From Candidatus Saccharimonadales bacterium (GTDB taxonomy: Bacteria > Patescibacteriota > Saccharimonadia > Saccharimonadales > 2-12-FULL-41-12): 64,000 bases of DNA. The notes under the pieces were generated by a model that was not told where the DNA came from, did not search any database, and worked only from the letters and a program-made list of their open reading frames with translations. The position numbers and the translations under genes are program-made. Shown here piece after piece: positions 19,592 through 28,012 of this stretch. How positions within the stretch are numbered: position 1 is the stretch's first letter; every line of letters begins with the position of its first letter. The stretch spans positions 320,387 to 384,386 of the forward strand of contig JBFIJM010000001.1 of assembly GCA_041600715.1 (NCBI GenBank). The letters are read 5' to 3'.

Positions 19592-20503
19592 TTACACTTT
19601 TTGCTTGTTCGCACTGCCGAACGAGTCTATTTTTGATTCTACTACGGCCTGGACTTCGCCAATTACTTCGTCCATTAGTTTAATTACAGCAAACTCATCA
19701 GGGTTTTCTCTGAGTACTTTTTCTAGAGTATTACGGAATGCCACTCGCATATCTGAATTAATATTTATTTTACTTACCCCAATTTTGGCAGCGCTTTCAA
19801 AATAGTGCTCCGGGGTGCCACTTCCACCATGCAAACTGATATTACAATCAATCGCATCACGCACAGCCTGAAGTAGCTCGAGATCTAACAGCTTAGGTAC
19901 CGGGTATTTACCATGTAAATTGCCTACAGCGGCCGCATAGGTATCTATGCCTGTGGCCTCAACAAACGCTCTGGATCCTTCGGGTGTGCTAAATGTTTTC
20001 TTGATTTCCTCATAATCAATTGATTCTTTGTGGACATTAGAGCTTCCTCCAAAATAATGTGGCTCACTCTCAACCAAAGCTCCAGTCAAACGAGCGTACT
20101 GCACAACCTGTCTTGTTTGCTCAATTAATACATCTTCAGTTACATCATGGTTTGCTTGAGAAATATCTATATGGATAAATTCGAAGCCAGCTTCTATTCC
20201 TTGGATTGCATCTTCTACAGACGGACTGTGATCTAAATTTATATACATCTCTACGTCACATTCGGCCTTATAGTTATCTACCATGTCTCGGATGTTGTCT
20301 ATGCCAAGAGAATCTACTTCACCCTTGCTAACCTCAACCAGAACTGGAGATTTTTTAGCCATAGCTGCTCTTACTACCGCTTTAAGGGTTTCCTGGTTAT
20401 CAAGATTGAATGCTCCTACAGCAAAACCTTCCTGTCTTGTTCTCTGCATCAGTTCTCTGGCAGCAGTTGTGTTTTCTCTTATCTGTCTCAACGTTAATGG
20501 CAT
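19592..20503 (-). CDS. fba: Class II fructose/ketose-bisphosphate aldolase
   Basis: Class II motifs NLDHS, HIDIS, LHGGSGTP and NINSDMR; 303 aa. Confidence 0.88.
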   Translation of the reverse strand: MPLTLRQIRENTTAARELMQRTRQEGFAVGAFNLDNQETLKAVVRAAMAKKSPVLVEVSKGEVDSLGIDNIRDMVDNYKAECDVEMYINLDHSPSVEDAIQGIEAGFEFIHIDISQANHDVTEDVLIEQTRQVVQYARLTGALVESEPHYFGGSSNVHKESIDYEEIKKTFSTPEGSRAFVEATGIDTYAAAVGNLHGKYPVPKLLDLELLQAVRDAIDCNISLHGGSGTPEHYFESAAKIGVSKININSDMRVAFRNTLEKVLRENPDEFAVIKLMDEVIGEVQAVVESKIDSFGSANKQKV

Positions 20504-20561
20504 AAACCCACCTTTTTTACTATTTAGTCTTATTGTAAGTGCTCAAGGTTTAGTATACAAA

Positions 20562-21536
20562 CTATTCAACAAGCTGATGCGCGGCAAATGTAATATGTTT
20601 AGCTGTAAGCCCGAAATGTTCTAGTAGCTCATCGGGGGTGCCTGATTCACCAAACCTATCTAACATACCTAGTCTCTTAATTTTTGTAGGGTGTTTCTCT
20701 GATAATAACTCAGCCACTGCTCCCCCAAGACCTCCATTAATTTGAGCTTCTTCAACAGTGATAACCCTTCCGGTTTTACGCACACTGGCAAGAATAGTTT
20801 CAGTATCCAGTGGCTTTATAGTCGGAACATGAATTACTTCAGCATCGATACCGTCTTTAAACAACTTATCAGAAGCAACCATTGCTTGATACGTCATTGT
20901 CCCTGTAGCGATGATGGTTAAGTCATTTCCTTTAGTAAACACATAGGCTTTTCCAATTTCAAACGGAGTTTCTGCGGTGGTTATTATTGGCGTAGATTCT
21001 CTTGCCAGGCGTAAATATGCTGGACGCTTATCACTTGCCAGGGCTAAAGTAGCTTTCTCGGCCTCAACACTATCGCCTGGGACAACAACCACCATATTTG
21101 GCAAAACTCTCATAAGTGCGATGTCCTCCAACATTTGGTGTGTTGCACCGTCAGGACCGACACTTATACCAGCATGGGAACCTACTATTTTTACAGGCTG
21201 GTCATTCAGGCATATAGTAGTACGAATCTGTTCCCAGTTTCGGCCAGGGCTGAATGCAGCATAACTACTAACGAACGGGATCTTACCCATAGATGCCATG
21301 CCAGAGCCAACTGTAACGAGATTCTGTTCTGCAACGCCTATCTCTACAAATCGTTCCGGAAATGCCTCCTTAAACAAACTCATCTGAGTGCTGTCGGTCA
21401 AATCGGCGCATGCTGCCACTACATCGGCATTCTCGTGGCCCGCCTTTAATAATCCCTTACCGAAACCTTTTCTAATAGGTTCATGATCCAGAGCTTTAGT
21501 AGTGATATCTACAAGATGATACTTATTCATGTTCAC
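20562..21536 (-). CDS. tkt: Transketolase, C-terminal (pyrimidine-binding) subunit
   Basis: FVEIGVAEQN, GPDGATHQ; 324 aa. Overlaps the N-terminal subunit gene by 14 nt. Confidence 0.93.
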   Translation of the reverse strand: MNMNKYHLVDITTKALDHEPIRKGFGKGLLKAGHENADVVAACADLTDSTQMSLFKEAFPERFVEIGVAEQNLVTVGSGMASMGKIPFVSSYAAFSPGRNWEQIRTTICLNDQPVKIVGSHAGISVGPDGATHQMLEDIALMRVLPNMVVVVPGDSVEAEKATLALASDKRPAYLRLARESTPIITTAETPFEIGKAYVFTKGNDLTIIATGTMTYQAMVASDKLFKDGIDAEVIHVPTIKPLDTETILASVRKTGRVITVEEAQINGGLGGAVAELLSEKHPTKIKRLGMLDRFGESGTPDELLEHFGLTAKHITFAAHQLVE

Positions 21537-22380
21537 CTCGAATTTTTCCTTTCAAGGTCCTTATGTCATGTAGAGCTCTTTTTGCTTCATCGTGATTTGG
21601 TGGCTTACCATGCCAGTGGTAGTCATACTCCATAAATCCAACACCCTTACCTGGAATTGTCCTAGCTATGATAACCACAGGCTTTTCAACTATCGCTCGT
21701 GCTAATGCGCATGTATCTATGAAGGAATCAATGTTATTACCGTCAACTTCTAATACGTGCCAACCGAAAGCTTCCCACTTAGAAGCTAGATCCTCTAGAG
21801 GCATGACTTCCTCCGTAGGACCATCAATCTGTATATTATTACGATCAATAATGCCAATAATGTTCGACAGTTTATACTTACCGGCAAACATGGCAGCTTC
21901 CCAGATATTACCTTCGTTAAGCTCGCCGTCTCCCATAACTACATATATCCACTGGTTAAGTTTGCTATCCATCCGCATAGCCATGGCCATCCCCGAGGCT
22001 TGACTCAGGCCAGAACCAAGTGGCCCACTAGTGTTTTCTAATCCAGGTAGCTTGGTCCTCTCAGGATGCCCCTGTAGTCTCGACCCAAATTTTCTTAATG
22101 TCATTAGTTCTTTTTTATCAAAATATCCCGCGTGAGCCATTGTCACGTATTGAACGGGTACACAATGCCCGTTACTAAGTAATACTCGGTCACGATCTTG
22201 CCATTGGGGGTTTTTTGGATCATGTTTCATTATGTCGAAATAAAGCGCAGTAAAGATGTCTGCAAGACCAAGAGGGCCGGCACTATGACCGCTACCGGCG
22301 TGTTCTAGACTGCGAATAATGTCTCTGCGTATGTCCGAAGCCTTCAATTCCAATTGGTCTGTGGTGTGATGTTTACCCAT
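21523..22380 (-). CDS. tkt: Transketolase, N-terminal (TPP-binding) subunit
   Basis: SGHSAGPLG, GDGELNEGNIWEA and SNGH motifs; 285 aa. Confidence 0.93.
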   Translation of the reverse strand: MGKHHTTDQLELKASDIRRDIIRSLEHAGSGHSAGPLGLADIFTALYFDIMKHDPKNPQWQDRDRVLLSNGHCVPVQYVTMAHAGYFDKKELMTLRKFGSRLQGHPERTKLPGLENTSGPLGSGLSQASGMAMAMRMDSKLNQWIYVVMGDGELNEGNIWEAAMFAGKYKLSNIIGIIDRNNIQIDGPTEEVMPLEDLASKWEAFGWHVLEVDGNNIDSFIDTCALARAIVEKPVVIIARTIPGKGVGFMEYDYHWHGKPPNHDEAKRALHDIRTLKGKIRGEHE

Positions 22381-22398
22381 ATTGCTTATGATTATACG

Positions 22399-23028
22399 CT
22401 ACACAAGAGTGTTAACAAGTATCTGGTAGGCGTTTCTTGGATCCTCGGCCTTATGAATATAGCCACCTACATTAAGAACATCTACGCCACCTTCTGAAAT
22501 TTGACGTGCATTATACTCATTGATTCCACCGTCCCATCCTATTTCTAAGTCAGGATGATGTTCTTTGGCCTCAGATACCTTTGCTAGTAAATCTAGGTCT
22601 GCAGAGCCACCAAAATGGCCTAAGTTGCCACTAAATATCAGTAGATGATCAAAGCTACTTATTATTTTTTCGATATTAGCTACAGGGGTTTCAGGCAGGA
22701 CCGCAAGTCCTGTTAAAATTCCCTCTTTATGAAGCTCTGCAGAAAAATGCATGTGGTGTATCATTGTTTCAACATGAATAATAACCATGTGGGGTTGTAA
22801 TTTTATTAGCTGGTCCAAACATTTGAATGGATCTTGATACATCAGATGGATATCGGCATCAACGCCATTCGGCCACCAAATTTCATCAAGTCCCACTGAT
22901 TGGGCCATTGCAAACTCCCCATCCATTAAATCTATCTGGATGCGTTTGCTCAAACTCGATGCCAACTGTAACTGCACAGAAAACTCTTGCTCAGTTTGGG
23001 CCAGCACCGTCGGTGACACAATAGACAT
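22399..23028 (-). CDS. Divergent ribulose-phosphate 3-epimerase-like TIM-barrel protein
   Basis: Aligns to Rpe motifs: IQIDLMDGEF (Rpe HFDVMDxHF), DIHLMY (DVHLMV), SGNLGHFGG (VNPGFGGQ) and IGWDGGI (EVDGGV). The first metal-ligand His is Gln. Confidence 0.65.
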   Translation of the reverse strand: MSIVSPTVLAQTEQEFSVQLQLASSLSKRIQIDLMDGEFAMAQSVGLDEIWWPNGVDADIHLMYQDPFKCLDQLIKLQPHMVIIHVETMIHHMHFSAELHKEGILTGLAVLPETPVANIEKIISSFDHLLIFSGNLGHFGGSADLDLLAKVSEAKEHHPDLEIGWDGGINEYNARQISEGGVDVLNVGGYIHKAEDPRNAYQILVNTLV

Positions 23029-23472
23029 TTATAACTCGTCGATTTCTTTCAACCTACGAACAAACCTAGGCGCGTTAGCGAATGGCGTGTTAAGCCACGT
23101 TTCTACGATGATGTCTGCTTCATTATTTTCGAGAAGTTTTGCTGGAAGACAAAGTACATTTGCATCGTCATCACGTCGCGCCTCTATAGCAGATGTCCTA
23201 TCCCAGCACAAACTGGCACGAATACCCTTGAACCGGTTAGCCGCCATACACATACCCTGTCCGCTACCACAGATAAGAATTCCTCTAGCAACAGCATACT
23301 CAGAGGCTAGAACTGCGCTACAGACCTTGCCCGCAAAAACAGGAAAATCATCCTCTGGATCTAACCGAGTACCCCCCACATCGGTAACATTGTATCCAGC
23401 CTTACCGAGATACTTAGTTAGGTTCGATTTAAGACCATACCCATTATGATCGGCTCCGATATAGATTTTCAT
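23029..23472 (-). CDS. rpiB: Ribose-5-phosphate isomerase B
   Basis: RpiB/LacAB motif ILICGSGQGMCMAANRFKGIRA; 147 aa. Confidence 0.92.
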   Translation of the reverse strand: MKIYIGADHNGYGLKSNLTKYLGKAGYNVTDVGGTRLDPEDDFPVFAGKVCSAVLASEYAVARGILICGSGQGMCMAANRFKGIRASLCWDRTSAIEARRDDDANVLCLPAKLLENNEADIIVETWLNTPFANAPRFVRRLKEIDEL

Positions 23473-23473
23473 G

Positions 23474-24502
23474 CTACTTACCTTTATGTACTATACGGCC
23501 AACGTCCGACACGAGCTCTACTAGTCGGTTGCTATACCCCCACTCATTGTCGTACCACACAACTACTTTAGCCATATTTCCTGCTACAACATTTGTCAGC
23601 AGTAAATCAACAGTACCTGAGTGACTATTTCCGATATAGTCATGGCTTACAAGCGGAACATCACTCACCGTTAAAACACCTTGGTAATACGGTTCTGATG
23701 CCGCTTTCTTAAAAGTATCATTAATCTGATCGATCGTCACATCTGTTTTTAATAAAAATGTTATATCGCTAAGACTAACTACAGGAGTCGGTACACGAAT
23801 ACTGAGTCCATCAAACTTACCTGCAACACTCGGAACAGTTAACGCAACAGCAACCGCAGCGCCAGTTGTTGTCGGAACAATATTTTGAGCCGCAGAACGG
23901 GCTTCTCGCAAATCTTTGCTTGGGGCATCTTGAATAACTTGGGTAGCTGTGTAGCTATGAACAGTTGTGAGCATGGCTTTCTCGACGCCAAAGGCTCGCT
24001 CCATAATATCCATAACTGAGGCAGCGCTATTTGTAGTACAGCTTGCATTGCTAATAATGTCCCCAGCCTGTTCAAGCTCGTCCTCATTAGCGCCAATCAC
24101 AATAGTCTTAACCTCAGGGCTCTTGCTTGGTCCTGAGATGACTACTTTTCTTGCTCCAGCATCGAGATGTTTTTTAGCATCTTCAAATTTTGTAAACCTG
24201 CCAGTGGATTCGACAACTACATCGACTTTTAGGTCTTTCCATGGCAAAGCTACAGGCTCTCTTTCAGCAGAAACAGGAATTTTATGACCGTTTACAATAA
24301 TGTGCGTTTCATCGAACGTCACCTTATGAGCATATGCACCGTAATTTGTGTCATGCTGAAGTAAGTGAGCAAGTGTCTTTGTGTCTGTTAAGTCGTTAAT
24401 GCCGACAACCTCAATATCTGTTCTGTCAAAAGCTACCCGAAACGCAATACGTCCAATCCGGCCGAATCCGTTAATCGCTACCCGTGTCTTCATCTGTCCC
24501 AC
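23474..24502 (-). CDS. gap: Glyceraldehyde-3-phosphate dehydrogenase (type I)
   Basis: INGFGRIGR NAD-binding motif and active site SNASCTTN; 342 aa. Confidence 0.96.
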   Translation of the reverse strand: MGQMKTRVAINGFGRIGRIAFRVAFDRTDIEVVGINDLTDTKTLAHLLQHDTNYGAYAHKVTFDETHIIVNGHKIPVSAEREPVALPWKDLKVDVVVESTGRFTKFEDAKKHLDAGARKVVISGPSKSPEVKTIVIGANEDELEQAGDIISNASCTTNSAASVMDIMERAFGVEKAMLTTVHSYTATQVIQDAPSKDLREARSAAQNIVPTTTGAAVAVALTVPSVAGKFDGLSIRVPTPVVSLSDITFLLKTDVTIDQINDTFKKAASEPYYQGVLTVSDVPLVSHDYIGNSHSGTVDLLLTNVVAGNMAKVVVWYDNEWGYSNRLVELVSDVGRIVHKGK

Positions 24503-24551
24503 CTCTAGTTTGTTATGTTACTTTCATTGTAATAAACAAAAGCACTTTTAG

Positions 24552-25076
24552 CTAGTTTTTAGCATTCTCTATGGATGTTGAGATGATTTGCTTTGCTTCG
24601 TTAACATCTCCCCATCCGTTGAAGCTTACAGGACTTCCAGTCCAATTCTTCTTCCAGGCCTTATATTGACCGTAAAAATGTTCGATCATAGGCTTAAAAT
24701 TCGGTCCTAAATCATCCAGTGTTCGAATATGAGCTTTTGTTACGTCGTCAGAAGCAACACAAATTAGCTTTTCGTCACCTTCACCATCATCAATCATTTT
24801 CAACACACCAATCGGTCTTGACGGCACAACGATTCCAGGCAAGACTGATTCATCTATTATTAGCAGAGCATCCAGTGGGTCGCCGTCGTCGCAAAGTGTA
24901 TTTGGAACATAGCCATAATCTGCAGGATAACCAAGACTAGCAGTGCCATTGACGCGATCTAGAAACAATTTACCAGTAGTTTTATCGAGTTCGTATTTAT
25001 TCACACTGCCCTTTTGGATCTCAATTATCACATTTATAGTTTCCGGTGCGTTGTCGCCATAACTCACATCAGCCAT
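24552..25076 (-). CDS. ppa: Inorganic pyrophosphatase (family I)
   Basis: EIQKGSVNKYE, DGDPLDAL and DEKLICV motifs; 174 aa. Confidence 0.93.
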   Translation of the reverse strand: MADVSYGDNAPETINVIIEIQKGSVNKYELDKTTGKLFLDRVNGTASLGYPADYGYVPNTLCDDGDPLDALLIIDESVLPGIVVPSRPIGVLKMIDDGEGDEKLICVASDDVTKAHIRTLDDLGPNFKPMIEHFYGQYKAWKKNWTGSPVSFNGWGDVNEAKQIISTSIENAKN

Positions 25077-25122
25077 TATTATCTCCTTACATTTTTATCA
25101 TTATCTTCATATACTATAGCAA

Positions 25123-25821
25123 ATGAACATCATCAGCCACAGAGGTGCAGGCTCGTTAGCTCCTGAAAACACAATAAGAAGCATCAAACATGCAGTTGAT
25201 CTAGGCGCTAAGCTTATAGAATTTGACATACAAGCCACAAAAGATCATCAGCTCGTACTTATGCACGACAGTAGTTTATATCGTACTAGCGGTGATTTAC
25301 GTCTAGTGAAAGACGTAACGTTAGAGGAGATTAAGCGCTTAAAAAATAGAGAAGGTGATAACATTCCTACACTGTCAGATGCTTCCGAAGTTTTTAAATC
25401 AACCAAAGCTGTAATAGAAGGCAAAGGTGAAAAATGGGCGAAGCCACTCATGAAACAACTCGACGAGTTTGAAATAACTCCAATAATCATCTCTTATAAT
25501 CTGAAAGAGCTTTGCAGTATTCGGGACCAGAACAAATCTATCGAACTCTTTTTGATAAATAAAACTAACCCATTCACTGCAATCCATGAAGCATCTAAGA
25601 ATAGTCTCACTGGAGTTACTCTACTATATTGGATGTATAACCCTTTCGTGTACCTGTACGCAAAACACAAACATCTAAAGATGTCAGCCTTTACAGTAAG
25701 GCCCAACCTTACTAAGATTTTTCACTGGCTCTACCCTGATGTCACTATTACTACCGATAGACCAGATCTATTCACGCATCTGTGCGATACAACCAAAGCA
25801 TCAGCATCGACCAAACGGTAA
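25123..25821 (+). CDS. Glycerophosphodiester phosphodiesterase-family protein
   Basis: GDPD N-terminal motif IISHRGAGSLAPENT and IEFDIQATKD. The 3' end overlaps the convergent gene by 50 nt. Confidence 0.8.
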   Translation: MNIISHRGAGSLAPENTIRSIKHAVDLGAKLIEFDIQATKDHQLVLMHDSSLYRTSGDLRLVKDVTLEEIKRLKNREGDNIPTLSDASEVFKSTKAVIEGKGEKWAKPLMKQLDEFEITPIIISYNLKELCSIRDQNKSIELFLINKTNPFTAIHEASKNSLTGVTLLYWMYNPFVYLYAKHKHLKMSAFTVRPNLTKIFHWLYPDVTITTDRPDLFTHLCDTTKASASTKR

Positions 25822-26290
25822 TAATTCCAGCTAGTAAATATTGGACTGGAAGCAGGCTCTCAGATAAGTAAAGAGATATTGCACCTATGCCATTCATGAC
25901 AGAAGCGACATAATACCAAATTCCAGGACTGTCTACTAAACCGTTCCATAAGAATCCTACTGCTTGTATTGCTAGCCAATATGCCCCTAAATACCCTAGT
26001 AAACCAGGTAATAGTTCAGTACGAGCTGATAAGATACTCACGATGAGACCAACAGATATTGGCACAGCCCAGCTCATATAGACATACTTCATTTGCTTTA
26101 CTCGTAGTGGCATCACTTTATACATGTACGCAAAACCTATAGCAGACAGAACAAACCATACACCATTGATATTTGGATGCTGGTAATAGTGCGTTGCGGT
26201 ATACCCCACTCCTGTTAGGACTGCCCAAAGTAGGTATACTCGGCCACGTGACTCATTTATCAAAAAGCTAAAGTTAATTTTATTCTCCAT
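25772..26290 (-). CDS. Hypothetical 5-TM membrane protein
   Basis: 172 aa, Trp/Tyr-rich TM helices, divergent from the FNR-like gene. No family recognised. Confidence 0.6.
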   Translation of the reverse strand: MENKINFSFLINESRGRVYLLWAVLTGVGYTATHYYQHPNINGVWFVLSAIGFAYMYKVMPLRVKQMKYVYMSWAVPISVGLIVSILSARTELLPGLLGYLGAYWLAIQAVGFLWNGLVDSPGIWYYVASVMNGIGAISLYLSESLLPVQYLLAGIITVWSMLMLWLYRTDA

Positions 26291-26358
26291 TGCTTAAGAA
26301 TAATATCATAAAACTTGATATAATTAATGTTATTAACTATTTAGTAGAGAGGGTGCAT

Positions 26359-27033
26359 GTGAAAGTAACATTTGATAGGCGCATTCAGACAGCCAAGAAC
26401 ATTTACACATTTTGGTTCACACCAGAAAAAACTATGAGACACATTGCCGGTCAATTTATTGAACTACGAATTCCGCATCCTGATAAAGATAAACGTGGTG
26501 ATAAAAGGTGGTTCACCCTGTCTAGTTCCCCTACCGATAAACAAGTATCAATAACGACAAAATTCTCCCCTCAGAACAGTAGCTCATTTAAACAAGCCCT
26601 CGACAGCCTAACTCCCGGTGACCAGTTAGATATAGCAAGTCCTATGGGTGATTTTATTCTACCAAAGGATCCTAATATACCTCTGCTATTCGTGGCTGGT
26701 GGAATTGGATCTACCCCTTTTCATAGCATAATAAAGTACCTTAATGATTCAGGAGAAAAAAGGGACGTCACGCTTATATACGCAGTCTCGAATGATGACG
26801 AGATCGCATTTAATGAAGAGTTCTCAAAACTTGGGGATTCATTTAAGAAAGTGGTTGGGTCACGAATAGACGCAGACACCATAAAAACTCTTGGGAATGT
26901 TACTGACGACCATTATATTTATCTGTCAGGCCCAGAGCCAATGGTAGAGGCTCTTGAAAAAGATCTAAAAAGTGGCGGTTTCAATAAAAAACATATCTAC
27001 ACTGACTTCTTTCCAGGCTATACTGAGATTTAA
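26359..27033 (+). CDS. Ferredoxin-NADP reductase-like FAD/NAD(P)-binding oxidoreductase
   Basis: FAD motif RWFTLSS (RxYS-type) and NAD motif FVAGGIGSTPF. Start set at GTG 26359 after the SD-like GAGAGGG (26353 also possible). The ORF-track start 26290 abuts the divergent gene. Confidence 0.75.
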   Translation: MKVTFDRRIQTAKNIYTFWFTPEKTMRHIAGQFIELRIPHPDKDKRGDKRWFTLSSSPTDKQVSITTKFSPQNSSSFKQALDSLTPGDQLDIASPMGDFILPKDPNIPLLFVAGGIGSTPFHSIIKYLNDSGEKRDVTLIYAVSNDDEIAFNEEFSKLGDSFKKVVGSRIDADTIKTLGNVTDDHYIYLSGPEPMVEALEKDLKSGGFNKKHIYTDFFPGYTEI

Positions 27034-27488
27034 TTTATTTTGTAGTCTTTGTCCTTTGTGTACACGATCACATTAACTCGAATACTATCGTTATATTTGT
27101 CCTTAAAGCTATACGTGCCGTCTTCCTTAAACTGTACGCGCCATGCTTCATCACCATTAAAGTCTCCAGAACTATACTCATCTATAGCAGAGGTTGAGTG
27201 ATGTTTGTCATCGCTACCTAAAGTAAGGTTATGCTTTTCGCCATCAGCGGAATTGAATCGAATAAATTCTCCGCTATTTACCGTAACCGTGTCAGGACTG
27301 GCACGATCACTATATAACGATACGCAGACTTCATCGCACGTAACTTGAGTGGAGTCACTGACTTTCTGGTTATGTCGCATACTAAGTGCAAGACCTCCTG
27401 CAAAGGATAATCCAGAAATGATAAGTGTTAAAGTTAATATTATGAATAAATGTTTAGGTGTGAATTTATGTCTTTTAACGTCTTCCAC
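27030..27488 (-). CDS. Membrane-anchored cupredoxin-like paralogue lacking the type-1 Cu Cys/His/Met ligands
   Basis: Aligns with the upstream cupredoxin (TVNSGEFIRFNSADGEKHNLT; GTYSFKDKYNDSIRVNVIVY). The C-terminal ligand loop is replaced. GTG start overlaps the upstream stop (TAGTG). Confidence 0.55.
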   Translation of the reverse strand: MEDVKRHKFTPKHLFIILTLTLIISGLSFAGGLALSMRHNQKVSDSTQVTCDEVCVSLYSDRASPDTVTVNSGEFIRFNSADGEKHNLTLGSDDKHHSTSAIDEYSSGDFNGDEAWRVQFKEDGTYSFKDKYNDSIRVNVIVYTKDKDYKIN

Positions 27489-27937
27489 TATTCTATTACC
27501 TCTACACTAGCTTTCATGTATGGATGAGGGGAGCATATATAGCTATATTTCCCTGCAGTATCAAACGTAAAGCTATAACTTTCCCCTTTAGCCAAGAGCT
27601 TACTTGACTTAAAAGCGTCTGTTTCTGTGTCTGGAGTAATATCATGTTTAGCAGTATCGCGATTAGTCCATGTTACTGTAGTTCCTTTTTTTATCCGTAA
27701 CGATTTTTGAGAAAATGAAAAATCCTTAATATCCATCATTACTTCACCGTTCTGAATTTCTTCAGTACTTTTGTCTGGGGCTGACATGAAACCTGACGAC
27801 TCGTGATCGTTGCTAGAAACTTGTGTGCTAGTATTCTCTAGCCCATCGTCGCGAGAATTATTATTCACAGTCACCACCCCTATTCCTGTGATTAGTGCAA
27901 GGATCGTAATTATTCCGCCTATTAATGCCTTATTCAT
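27488..27937 (-). CDS. Amicyanin/plastocyanin-like blue (type 1) copper protein, membrane-anchored
   Basis: Cupredoxin motifs GTTVTWTNRDTAKHDITP (His ligand) and YSYICSPHPYMKASVEV (Cys-x2-His-x2-Met); N-terminal TM/signal anchor. Confidence 0.8.
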   Translation of the reverse strand: MNKALIGGIITILALITGIGVVTVNNNSRDDGLENTSTQVSSNDHESSGFMSAPDKSTEEIQNGEVMMDIKDFSFSQKSLRIKKGTTVTWTNRDTAKHDITPDTETDAFKSSKLLAKGESYSFTFDTAGKYSYICSPHPYMKASVEVIE

Positions 27938-27954
27938 ATTGAATCTCCTATTTT

Positions 27955-27987
27955 AAAAAAGAGCGCTGACATAACTCAACGCTCTTT
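27955..27987 (-). terminator. Rho-independent terminator after the 28013..28711 gene
   Basis: Minus strand reads AAAGAGCG, a 14-nt loop, CGCTCTTT, then TTT. It lies 26 nt downstream of the stop codon. Confidence 0.6.
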
Positions 27988-28012
27988 ATATTAGCTCATT
28001 AATCTGTTTATT

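Noticed and set aside
20562-22380. Transketolase split into two ORFs, considered as a possible frameshifted pseudogene.
   Set aside because: The break falls at the known domain boundary, both parts are full length with intact motifs, and they have a coupled 14-nt overlap. Two-subunit transketolase is an established arrangement.
25772-25821. The 50-nt convergent overlap of the GDPD and 5-TM genes, considered as a sign of mis-annotation or antisense regulation.
   Set aside because: Both C-termini are plausible and no alternative stops exist. There is nothing further to support a functional claim.
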